DNA from: Marsupella aquatica
Lineage: Eukaryota > Plantae > Marchantiophyta
Assembly (NCBI GenBank): GCA_973895155.1
Contig: OZ316896.1
Coordinates: 5,407,303 to 5,471,302 of the forward strand
Length of the DNA: 64,000 nucleotides
Reading direction: 5' to 3'
Shown here in pieces: positions 39,584 to 50,804 of this stretch. The position numbers and the translations under genes were made by a program. Below the pieces are notes generated by a model. That model was given only the letters and a program-made list of their open reading frames with translations, was not told where the DNA came from and did not search any database. Within the stretch, counting starts at the first letter, position 1. Each line of letters opens with the position of its first letter.

Positions 39584-41624
39584 TGTCGTATCATACTAGG
39601 AACATAAATCAACATTTAATGCCCAAATTTTGGTATTCGTTCCCATGGAAGAACAAGTAAGGAATAATTCTCTATCATTTAACACTTATGAATGACTAAG
39701 GTAAGAAAAACACAGGTTTGAGCCTTTTACTATGATTGCTCAGCAAGGCATAGATTTGAATGTTCAAATGTTAACAAAATAACAAAATAGAAATAATTAA
39801 CAAAACACAATGAAATTTTGAGGTATGATGAGAGAGTCTGGAAAACACCAAGGTAACTTCTCATTGATACTTCATTTGATGTGATTTAGGTGGTATATCC
39901 ATAAGAACATTTCTGGAAATGATTACTCTATTAGGATGATTATTAAAATGCCATCAACACGTCTCAACTTTTCTTTCCAAAGGTACTTAGTGGAGAAACT
40001 AGTAATCAATCACTTCTGCATCCAATCGGTACTTTGTGTTATGAATAAGTAACACCATCATGCTCAAATTGAAGTCATAAATAATTGGTGAGTAACAATC
40101 TTTGCATTCCGTGCACAAGCAATGTCACGCCAAAAACTATGCATCAAGAACTCAAGAAGATGGGTTGTCACCACTTAAGGAATCTATTCCCTCATACTTC
40201 TGAGATTCAACTTCATACAAATAATTTTACTTCAATGATCTAAACTCTCAATCATTCAGACCCAAGGAAGGGAGAAGAATTCCTTTTGCATTTTACTTTG
40301 CAAAGGTGATTCCAATGCTACAGCATAGGCACTCACATTATTTTTCACACTTGAAAATGACACAAATTCTACTTCATATATACTAGCGGGAACCCAAGGA
40401 GACTGAGATACTGAAAGGACATGCTCTTTCATATTTGAAGGGTCTTGAATGAAACTAAAAAACGATCATCCTTGAAAAGTGGGAAAAACAAAAAATGCTG
40501 AAAACGGATGTCGCTGGAAGTGTTAGAAATATAGTGCACGCTTCACAAAGCGTCAATGTTTGGGGCGAACGCTTTGCAAAGCATCGGTATTTTTGCTAAA
40601 ACTAATAAATAGTGATATTTTTGGAATTTTAACTTCTAAACTAAAATTCAGAATGAGGTGAAACTTTTCTAGGGTACTCTACTGCATATAATCTCTATGC
40701 TAGCAAAGTTTCAAACTTTGTAGAGACCTCTAAATGCCTCAAATAAATCAATAAAAGTGTCACAGTGTTATAAAAATAGAAAACCGAAATGTTTTTGAAG
40801 TGTCGGGATTTGGTGGACGCTTTGCAAAGCATCCAAAATACAAAGGACTTTGTGGACGCTTTACAAAGCGTCGTAAAATATCTGATGTCTTTTTCAACAG
40901 TGTTTGTCTTTAGGCCTTCCGAGTGGACGCTTCAAAAACTGTCGGGGTCGATGTCACCTTTGGGGTAGCGGACGCTTCTGTCAAGCATCAATACTTGGCA
41001 GACGCTTCTGAAGGCATCATCCCTCCTTTGTCATCGAACACGGACGGACGTTTCTCAAGGCATCCAATAAACTTGGGTATCTTGGGTGGACGCTTCAAAA
41101 AGCGTCCAAAAATACAAAGGACACTTTACAAAGCGTACGTAAATTTGCGACTATGCTAAAAATAGCAAAAGTAAATTAATTCTAACTTTCAAACCGCATG
41201 TAGGTTTGAGCTGGAATTTTCAGGGATGATTCTACTACATAATGACTACCTCCTAAGAACTTTTAAGATTTTTGTGACCATGATAACTATTTAACTAAAA
41301 TAGCAAAGGTCGTTGATCTTAATAATTGCACACAGAACTCATTCTTGCTCAAGAAGTGTGTTGGAGTTTGGTTCTTGAATCTTCTAATCTGCATTGCTTC
41401 TCCAATGACATCCAATATTCCTTCTTGATAGCATGCAAAAATCAAGGATTTATATTGTCGATCCTTGTCCAATACACACAATAGCCTCCGATGAAGCATG
41501 GCATTAGGTAAAGTGTTCAGTTGATCTAAATTGCTACAAAAGGTAACTATACTGCACCTTTGAGTTAGAAAAATTTTAAATTTTATAATTATTCTCTAAT
41601 TTTTAATAAATCGATTGTATCACA
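39584..41624. mobile_element. Solo-LTR-like insertion A (2041 bp) in the copia RNase H
   Basis: TG...CA ends; 5-bp TSD tacct at 39579-39583 and 41625-41629. Excision restores KHIDIRYHFIRQVV. Confidence 0.85.
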
Positions 41625-43595
41625 TACCTAATGTCAATATGCTTCACCGTGCTATTCATGACCAGGTTAATAGCTAGATGGAGCGCACTTTGGCTATCAC
41701 AATGAAGAGCCATTTTTCCATGCTCCAATCCCATCTTAGTGACCACCTATCCAACCAAATTGCTTCCTTTGTTGTTTCTACTATTGCAACATACTCTGCT
41801 TCTGTAGTAGACTGAGATACACACTTCTACAAGGTAGACCTACAACTTATGCATCCTCCTTCAAGAGTAAACATATACCCAGTCGTTGACCTCCTCTTTT
41901 CCATACAGCCTCCATAGTCAAAATTTACATAGCCAACCAAAGATTTGGTTGTGTCTGATTTACTATCAAACAACAAACCATAATCTATTGTGCCCTTAAG
42001 ATACTTGAGAATCCACTTCATAGCCTCCCGATGTCCTTTCCCTAAATTTGACATGAATCTACTCACTTTGCCCATTATTAGGGCTAGATCAGGCCTGGTA
42101 TACATCATCAAATACATTAGACTGTCGACTGCTTTCTCAAAAGAAACCTTAGTCATCAATCTCTTTCCACTAGATCCATGGGGTAAAAAGCCGATGATAA
42201 CTTAAAATGTGGAGCCAAAGTAATACTTACTGGCTTACAATTCTCCATGTTGAATCTTGCAAGTATCTTTTTAGCATGTTTGCCTTAATTCAGCCACAAC
42301 TATCCAATCTCAAAGTTCCTCGTAACCTCCATACCTAAGATCCTTTTGGCTTTCCCAAGATCCTACATTCATAATTCAAAACTTAGTTTTGCTTTGAGTT
42401 GTCAACCTTAGATTGATCCTTAGCCACAATCAACATGTCATCCACATAGAGCATCAAAATGAGTAAACCAAACACACCATTTTGACTGTTTTATATACAC
42501 ACAAGGATCATACACCATCCTAGTAAATCCTTGTGCAAGCATGAAATCATCAAATCCCTTGTTCCACTGTCGAGGAGCTTGCTTCAATTCATACAGACAT
42601 TTAAGCAACCTGCAAACTAAACTCTTTTGGCCCTTCTTCACAAAGCCCAGTGGTTGCCTCATGAAAATTTGTTCCTCCAAGGTGTCACAAAGAAAAGCAA
42701 TAACAACATCCATTTGATTTAACACAAGACCAAAAAAACACAACAAGTTGACACAAAATTTGTATTGTGGAGTACTTGGCAACTGGCAAGAAGACCTCAT
42801 TGTCATCCACTCCATTTTCCTAATGAATTCCTTGGTAACAAGCCTTGCCTTGTATATCTTGTCTCCTCTATCTGAAGAGTACATTATTTTTCAACTTGTA
42901 AATTCACTTGTTGTCCACCACTTGTTGATCACTTGGTAGCTTTACCAGCTCCTATGTCTTGTTATCACTTAAAGATTGCAACTCTCTCTGCACTCTTGCA
43001 TTTCATTCATTTGGTTGCCTCATCATATGAAGAAGGTTTTCATTCTCCCAAGATTAGTGCCCTATCATCATCTTCAGGTGAAATGTTAGCATTGTCTAAC
43101 CTTGATAAATACGTCCATTATCCATACCTTGTAGGAGCTCAAGTCGTACATCTTGATTTTCTAGCGGATAATTTTGGCTAATCTTGCATTGCTGGTAGAA
43201 TTTGAGGTATTCCAATAGTAACATGCTCCTCTTGTTCCATCACCGGAACCAACTCCATTATCGGAGCACCTTTTCAATTATGTCATAAAAATCCTCATGA
43301 CCAATCTCCCCCTCAACATTGTCCGGGATAGGAGATTTATCTTTGTCAGTACGGGAAGCCTGAGCATTCTCCCTCTCCTTTGATGATCTAGATTCATTAA
43401 AGGATACATTTACTGACAAGCAACGTACAAGCTTCTGGATCCCATAGCCTATAACCTTTCATACTTGTTTGATAACAAAGAAAAAAATACTTGTTGGAAG
43501 TCGGATCTAATTTAGATTGATTTTTCTTAGGTATGAGAGTATATGCATCACTTTCAAAGACTCTCAAAACGTGATAGGCTGCTTGCCGTCCATAC
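41625..43595 (-). pseudogene. Copia pol segment (integrase C-terminus, RT, RNase H), frameshifted
   Basis: LMYLMMYTRPDL, RRSTTGYMFTLEGGCIS, YDPCVY. Confidence 0.9.
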
Positions 43596-46500
43596 TGTAA
43601 GTAGGGGGTAATTCCAAAAGCATGAAGAAACTGAAATTTTTTAAATTTTCTATGGTGTTTAAACTATAATTATTGCTAACATAGCGAAGATAGCATTCTG
43701 TCTACAAGTTATGGGTTCCCAAGTCTAAGTTATAAACTCCTGTTTACGAGTTTACAAGTTTACGAGTTCCCGACTGTTTACTAGTTACAAGTTTACTAGT
43801 TAGGACTTAGGAGTTTACGAGTTATGCTTTACGATTTGGCGACCGGGGATCGCGACGTCTTACGGCTATATTCAACGGGACTTAGAAACGGAATGGCGAG
43901 TGTGCATTGAAGTGAAGGCAAGGTAGACCTCGGGCGCTCACTCTTGATTAAATCCCTACCTCCTCCATTGATCCTTTCGGCCTCCCCATCTCCTTGCGCT
44001 GCTACAAGACACAATTTGAGCTATGGATGGCTTGGGAGCTGATGAGCAGTACCGAGTTAATGTATTGGCAATTCCTAAGAGCATAGTCGCTCGAATTCCA
44101 CAAGCACCTGATAGTTATGCAAATTTACAGACTTCATTACAGCAGCTAGGTCTGGGGCATCTACTTGCCGTACCTTGGGACGTAGAACTCGACTCATACT
44201 TGCAGGATTTTGTGAAGGGGTCGCTACTTGCTCATGAATTTTGACAAACCATTCAAGCTCGGCCAAGTCTGTGGACTGTGGAGCAAATTGCTCGTGCCTT
44301 CCGCTGCCCTTCAGAAGGAGAAGGATTGTATTCAAAGAAGAAAGATTTGTCTACTCCCTACTTCTCTAGAATCCGCAATCTCACAAATGGCTGGAATCTA
44401 ACACAGTGTACTTATCCAGATTTGAGAGTGCTGCTGGAATTTCTAGTGCCAATTTTACACCCGAAAAAGCCAACCATTTGCCCAGTGGCTTTGGTGAACA
44501 CAATTGTAGCTACACACAGTGGAGCCATCGAAGTGAATTGGGCGATGTTAATTTTCAATGTGATGAAGGATCAGGTGAGGAGCATGAAGGCAGGTAGACC
44601 TACCTATCTGCAGGTATATTTGTCTCAGCTCTATCAGGCTTACGATTGTTTACATCCAGAGGAGAGAACCGAAAGAGGATTACTCCTGATCGAACTAGGC
44701 ATTGAAGAAGAAATTGGTGTGGAAGAACCAGTGGATGCTATTCCCCTGGATTCTAATGATCAGAATGTGGACGTTGATATGGATTTGGAAAATGCCTCAG
44801 TGGGTGAACTTGAAGTTTCATCTGCTCACGATATGGAGTTGTTTCGACATCCTCTCGTTAACTTGGTTTATTCAAGAGAAGTCAATGAGGAAAATCAACC
44901 TGGAGCTGAAAAAGCTTAGGACGACTCTGAGCAACACGAAGCTGTTGCTGACCTGACCACTGCTGTCATCCTGAGGGTTGATCCGACTACTACTTCAAAG
45001 GCAGAGTTCAACCAGCAACTTATTGATAAGTTAATTACTCTTTTCGGTTGTGATGATGTGGAACTCTATGATGTTGTTTGTAATTTAAGATCAGAGGTAG
45101 TCAGCTTATCATCCCCATTTCCAGATCAATTAACCCTTGTCAGGACCACCTCCCCTATTGTGGGGTCAGTCTTAGAAGAATTCGTTGCTCTCAATCCTAT
45201 TGCACCACCAAACCTGCCTGTAAAGCCAACTGAACCTGTCCCTATGACAGAGGATGTAAATTATGCTGCCATTGTAAACAATTTACTGGACATGCTACAG
45301 TGTGAGCCACAGGAGATAATGTCAATTGTTAGCAACTTAACTCAGAAATCCCCAGTTGCAGAAACTCCTCATAATCCAGATCCTTACTCATACAATCCTG
45401 ATTCAAACTATCAACCCACTGATGGACCTATCTTCACTCGGGGTCGCTCTGAAGATCCTTATGTTAGAAGGGATCTCTCTGATGACTCTGACCCGCCTTC
45501 GGATAATGATACTTATAGATCTTATGACAATTCCCTTGAGTCATCACCAAGGCAGGGGTTTGAAGATATTGATACAGCTTTGAGGTCAAACCCAAACCTA
45601 GTAGCAGTGGTTACGTCCTCTACTCAGACTCCCGGGAATGCTACTATCGAGAAGAAGTATCCCAGGCTTCCCCAGGCTCAAGTATAGAAGTATGTAGACA
45701 TCTCTAAGGTTATACATGCCAACATGCCACCAGTTGGAGAATTCTGGGGATACTATTACTTAAAGAAAACTTAGGCGAGCTATATTTTTGACCTAAAGTA
45801 TCATGGGACTTCTCGATTGGAAATGGCCCAGTTTGATGAGCACTGGACTGACTCTGTCTACTTCCGACCTATTCTGGCAATGATGTTGCTCCAAGGTGAT
45901 GTAGAAGTGGAGGATCCTGACCTACTCCTAGCCTACTTTGGGAATTTTGCAGCTTACGTTCTGGACTTCGTGCTTACTTTTCTCATGCAAAGTAAGAAAT
46001 CAACTTCTTGGTAGAACAACTACATCCTTAAGGAACCTAAGGTTATGCTGGTTTCAACCAGCACGTTGGCTGATAAGCAGAGAATCTGGGATAATATCAC
46101 CACTCACACTCTGGCCAAGTTCGATAGGTACTTTAAGGATGTTTGCTGGAGACTTTGACCTTTCTATTCGAAGATGATGAGAACTGAGGATTTCATGGCC
46201 TATTATTCCCAGGTTCATGCTGCTACCTGCAATCACTATGATGTGATTGGAATTTATAGGGAAGCACTCCGAATAGACTCTTGTTATTTGATGAGGAGAA
46301 TGCCTGTGATGTATCCAGATAGGCAACTGAGATGTTTGCCCTATTATCGAGGTTCACCACGACAGGCTGAGCTCATGGAGGTTATCCAATCAAGCACTGT
46401 CGCTTTTGTGGAACTTCTCGAAATCAACGACATTCAACACCGAGACTAAGGCAGAAGTCCTAAGTGTTTCTAGTTCGTTTAGAGTAGTGCATCTTGTCCG

Positions 46501-47647
46501 ATTTTTAGAAATGTGTTCTAGAGCTTTAAAAGCTGTCATACTTCCTTAGCATGTAGTCTGTACTTAGGAAAGCCTTCTGGCAAAATTTGAGGCTTTTCTG
46601 AGCTATGAGTAAGAAGTTAAAAATAGTTGAATTTGCCAAGTTTTTACTTCTGTTGCAATTACGAGTTACGACTTAGTTAGACTTTTACGAGTTTAAGAGT
46701 TTACTAGTTCACAGCTTTTACTAGTTTACGAGTTCAGACTTAGCCAGATTTTTGGCTTTTCACTTACTGAATCGTCATTTTAACTTTTTGAGGAGTATGA
46801 AGAGGCATGTCTCTTCGACTTTATGACCTCTTACTCTGTAGATTTTTACTATAAGACCCCTCCACCACTAGTGTAGTTGATGGTTAAGTTATGCATTTTT
46901 GCCTCTTCTTTGTGTTAAACTAGTTGATCATGAATCTATGAGTTCGAGATCAGGTTTAACATTTGGAGAGACTTACCTCCTTCTTGTGTTTTTACCTATG
47001 ATTATAAACACAGGAAGTAAAATTCCTTTTGTGCAAATCTTTTGAGTTGTGATGATAGATTCCTTTTTGGTGATTCATTACAATCTCCTGAGTTCTTAAA
47101 GTTAACTCATTGAGTTTATGTCTTAATGAAATTGATGGATTTTCTTTCGTGTTGCTTAGTACCATCTAAATGTTGAAGTAGCTACCTTTTAGATCTTATC
47201 TGAGTACCACTTAGAAAGAAAGGATAAGACATGTTGACGGCATTTTAAAAAGGTACTCTAGTAAGCAGTTTAGATCTGAAAAGCAAACGTGGATTTGAAT
47301 CCTTAAGTCTTTTCATTTTGACTTATGTCTAAGGAGTAACCTTGGTCTATTCCAGACTCCCTTAGCATACTTTAAGATATTTTCCCTTGTGCTTTGTTAA
47401 TCATTCCCTTTTCATTAATTTATGGTTATACAATGCTGAGATATCATTGAAAACTTCTCACCGCTATGGAGCGATCTTCAAAATACCTCAGTAAAGTAAT
47501 CAAACTTGATTACTATGTGTGGAAAATATTTTAAGTCTATTATTGTTGTTTAAAATTATCAAACCAACCCCATCTTGTTCTTTACGGGAACGAATACCGA
47601 GTTTGAAGACCATTAAGTGTGTTTTTGGTTCTTCATAGCAAACTACA
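43596..47647. mobile_element. Solo-LTR-like insertion B (4052 bp) in the copia integrase, carrying a long ORF
   Basis: TGTAAG...ACTACA ends; 5-bp TSD catac at 43591-43595 and 47648-47652. Excision restores FKTSFELRYGRQAAYHVLRVF. 46900-47647 is homologous, inverted, to 39584-40300. Confidence 0.85.
44023..46449 (+). pseudogene. ~808-codon retroelement accessory ORF of unknown function with in-frame stops only
   Basis: ORF-track pieces at 44023, 44278, 45058, 45817 and 46174 are all in one frame. They are separated by six TAG/TGA stops, each one C>T change from CAG/CGA. Confidence 0.75.
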
Positions 47648-48924
47648 CATACCTCAATTCAAATGACGTCTTGAAATTGATTGGCACACTAGAAGGAGAA
47701 AGATTCACCAGATAAGCTATCATATTTACAACGTACTTCAGCCCAAAATTCATCTGGTAAACCTAATTAGCTCAACATACTCCTCGATCTCTCTAATAGT
47801 GTTTGGTTGAGCCACTCAAAAATACTATTTTGTTGAGGAGTATAAACTATTGTGAGATAGCAAGTAATCCCTTACTCTACACAGTATGATTTAAATTCAC
47901 CTGAAGTGTACTTTTTGTCGTTATCTTATTATAGATATATCACCTTGCTTCTAGTTTGATTCTTAACTTGGACTTTCCACTCCTTAAAAGTGGGAAATAT
48001 TTCAGACTGAGCATGTAGAAATGAGACCCACACATACCTTGAGTAATTGTCAATGAATGTGACATAGTAAAAAAATTTAGAAAGTGAGGGAGTTGGGGCT
48101 AGACTCCACACATCACTATGTACATACTCAAGTATTGCTTTGGTATTGTGTGTTCCAACACCAAAGGTTCTCTTGTGTTGCTTCCCAAGCACAAAAATCT
48201 AACTTAGAAGATTCCAAATTAGGAAGAAGTTCTTTCCTGTGAAGTACCCCCAAACCTTTTTCACTCATGTACCTCAATCTGTAGTACCACAACTGAGCCA
48301 TCTCGTCTTGAGATCTAGTTGTATTGGCTTCTTCACATACAAATCGCGTTGCTCTCCAACAAATGGAGATTATTATGCCGTTTACCCTTAAGGACAACCT
48401 TTCCTCTTATTGACACCTAAAGTACATCATCCGCAGAACTCCACTGATAATCATTCGCATCTAGCATTCCAAGAGAAATCAAGTTCTTTTTTATGTTAGG
48501 AACGTGTCTGACATTTCTCACTGTTTGCACAACTCCATCAAACATCCAAATTTTCACAGATCCAATTCCAACAATTTGACACAGGTGATTATTCCCCATC
48601 AACATTGAACTGTTTGATATAGAGTAAAAACTGAAAAACTCTCGTATATAGGAAATATGATAAGTACAAGCACAATCCAAAATCCATTCATCATTACCTT
48701 CTTGTAAAAAAGTGCAAAGAGCAACATCCTCACTTCATAAGATTGGATCATTGAGCATGTCTACATCATCGTCAACAGTGGCAATATGTGCAGACAATGG
48801 ATTATTCACCTTGGCTCGACAATCTTTTTTCATGTGGCCTACCTTATTACATTTCCAACATATAATCGGTTTTTTTTCTTGAGATTTTTCTCGAGACCTA
48901 GATCTAGATCTAGATTTGTCCTTG
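47648..48924 (-). pseudogene. Copia zinc knuckle, protease, GAG-pre-integrase and integrase core segment
   Basis: CWKCNKVGHMKKDC; WILDCACTYH; VRHVPNIKKNLISLG; LEYVHSDVW; YYVTFIDNYSRYVWV. Confidence 0.9.
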
Positions 48925-49630
48925 GGGAATTTACAAACGATAGCAAACAGATAACAGTAACAGCAAACAGTTACTATTATCAGCTAAAAGAAACTATTAC
49001 GAATGAATAGTGTTTGGCTAGCAGTGAACAGTGATCATGAAAAAGGGGATAAAAGATGCATTTCAAACTACTGGTATAGAAATCAAGACGATCAAATTTG
49101 CGTGAAAGGAAATTGGACTAAACGGAATCATGTATTTTGCAACAAATAAAACCGTCTCACAATTGAGATAAACAAAATCCGAGACCAATATATGTCAAAA
49201 TGCGCAGGGGGAAAATAAAATTGTCATATATAATCGCAAAGTACAAAATGCGTTCGGCTCAGGTCCTAAAAACGCACTTATAAGTTAAAACCTGCAGGCC
49301 TAGAAATCCGATATACAGAAGCCATGGTCGACCCCGGCTGAGGATTGCCAATAAAACAAAAGCAGCGCTCGGCGCTAGCCAACAACTGCAGGAAAAACTA
49401 TGGAATTCCTGAAGATAACAATCGGGAAAAACCCTAACAACTAAGCCGAGGGCGACTCCGTTCCGAAACATCAAAAGAGCTTAAGCACTGCTCGGTGCTA
49501 GCTTTAAGTGATCACCTAACTGAACAATGCGATGTCGTTCTTCATGAAAAACTGGAGGAACAACAAATAAGTGATTGCATCTAGCTTTCAGAGTTGCAAT
49601 CATCCTCCACTCCTGCCGCTTCTCTCCTCT

Positions 49631-49657
49631 CCTAAACCCTAAACCCTAAACCCTAAA
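49631..49657 (+). repeat. Short plant-telomere/telobox tract (CCCTAAA)x~4
   Basis: cctaaaccctaaaccctaaaccctaaa. Confidence 0.8.
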
Positions 49658-50094
49658 TCCAAGACCACGCAATCGAATGTATCTCTCAGAAGGACCCCGA
49701 CGCACTGCCTCGTAAAACCTTCATTGGGAATATTATTGTCCTTAAAGTCAACTTGCCCAAACATTTCTTGAACTCTCCTATCGATTGGCAGTACACCATC
49801 AACAGGAACAGCCTGATGAGACTAGAACCTGCTTGCGAATGGGAGCGGAGGAGAATCGATGATCCATGGGATGTTCTTTTCTCCAGGACTAATAGCCTCA
49901 TCATACGGTAGAGCGTGATGGTTCCAAAAAGTAGAGGTTTCAGTCTCTTTAGTCTCCATCCGTGACTCAAAAGAACTGAAATGGCTCTCTTCCGGACGCA
50001 CACGAGAAGGGAGGAACGCTGCCTCCCAATCCATGAGCTCATCGTTTCTCTCCATGTTGAATAGAGCCCGATCAAGTGTCAACTTCCCATCTAA

Positions 50095-50480
50095 CAAAAC
50101 GCAGAAACTGTTCGCAAAAGGTCCGCAAACGGTTGTGGGTTCGAAAGATGTCGTTCGCAAAAAATATCTCCCACAAAACATCCAAACTGTATCTTCCGCA
50201 AAAGGTCCGCAAACGGTCGTGGGCCCAAAAACTGTCGATCGCGAGATTTGAAGTGCGCAAAAAGTGTCGTCGGAGAAAATGGTCGTCGGTCCCAAAACAG
50301 TCGTCGATCCCAATACTTGTCGTCCAAAAATCTCCATGTCTTGACACTTGGTCGGGCTCAACAAGATCTCTCCATGTTGATGTTGTCCGAAAGATCTCCA
50401 AAAATGTTGTCCGAGAGAGATGCCATCAACAAGAGATCCGAAAATGTTGTCCTAGAGATCCAAAAATGTCGTCCGAATAC
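50095..50480. repeat. Degenerate repeat array inside the MULE
   Basis: 'cgcaaaaggtccgcaaacggt.gtggg' occurs twice and 'aaaatgt(t/c)gtcc..agat' several times. Confidence 0.7.
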
Positions 50481-50804
50481 AGTCCATGGGGGTTTCCTTG
50501 GCAAGCTAACGGACCCAAATAAAATGGCCGTATCCAAAATGTATAATATACTATGTCTTTCCTACTATTTGTCTCATTATGATGACCGTTGGTAGGACAC
50601 GACAAAGACCAAACGACCATGTTACACAAATAAGAGCTGGAAATATTCGCTTTATGAATCATCATTTGGCGAGCGCCTTGCGCTTGTAAAAAACACAAGT
50701 AATGAGACATTAATTTATAAGGACCCAATGAGAGGATTTGAATACAAGTTGGTACTAGCGCCAGGCGCTAGTAAAAAATTTCTCCCTAAATTCCTCAATA
50801 CGTG

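Noticed and set aside
49631-49657. Telomeric repeats as evidence of a chromosome end or fusion
   Set aside because: Only about four units inside a transposon, consistent with a telobox-type tract.
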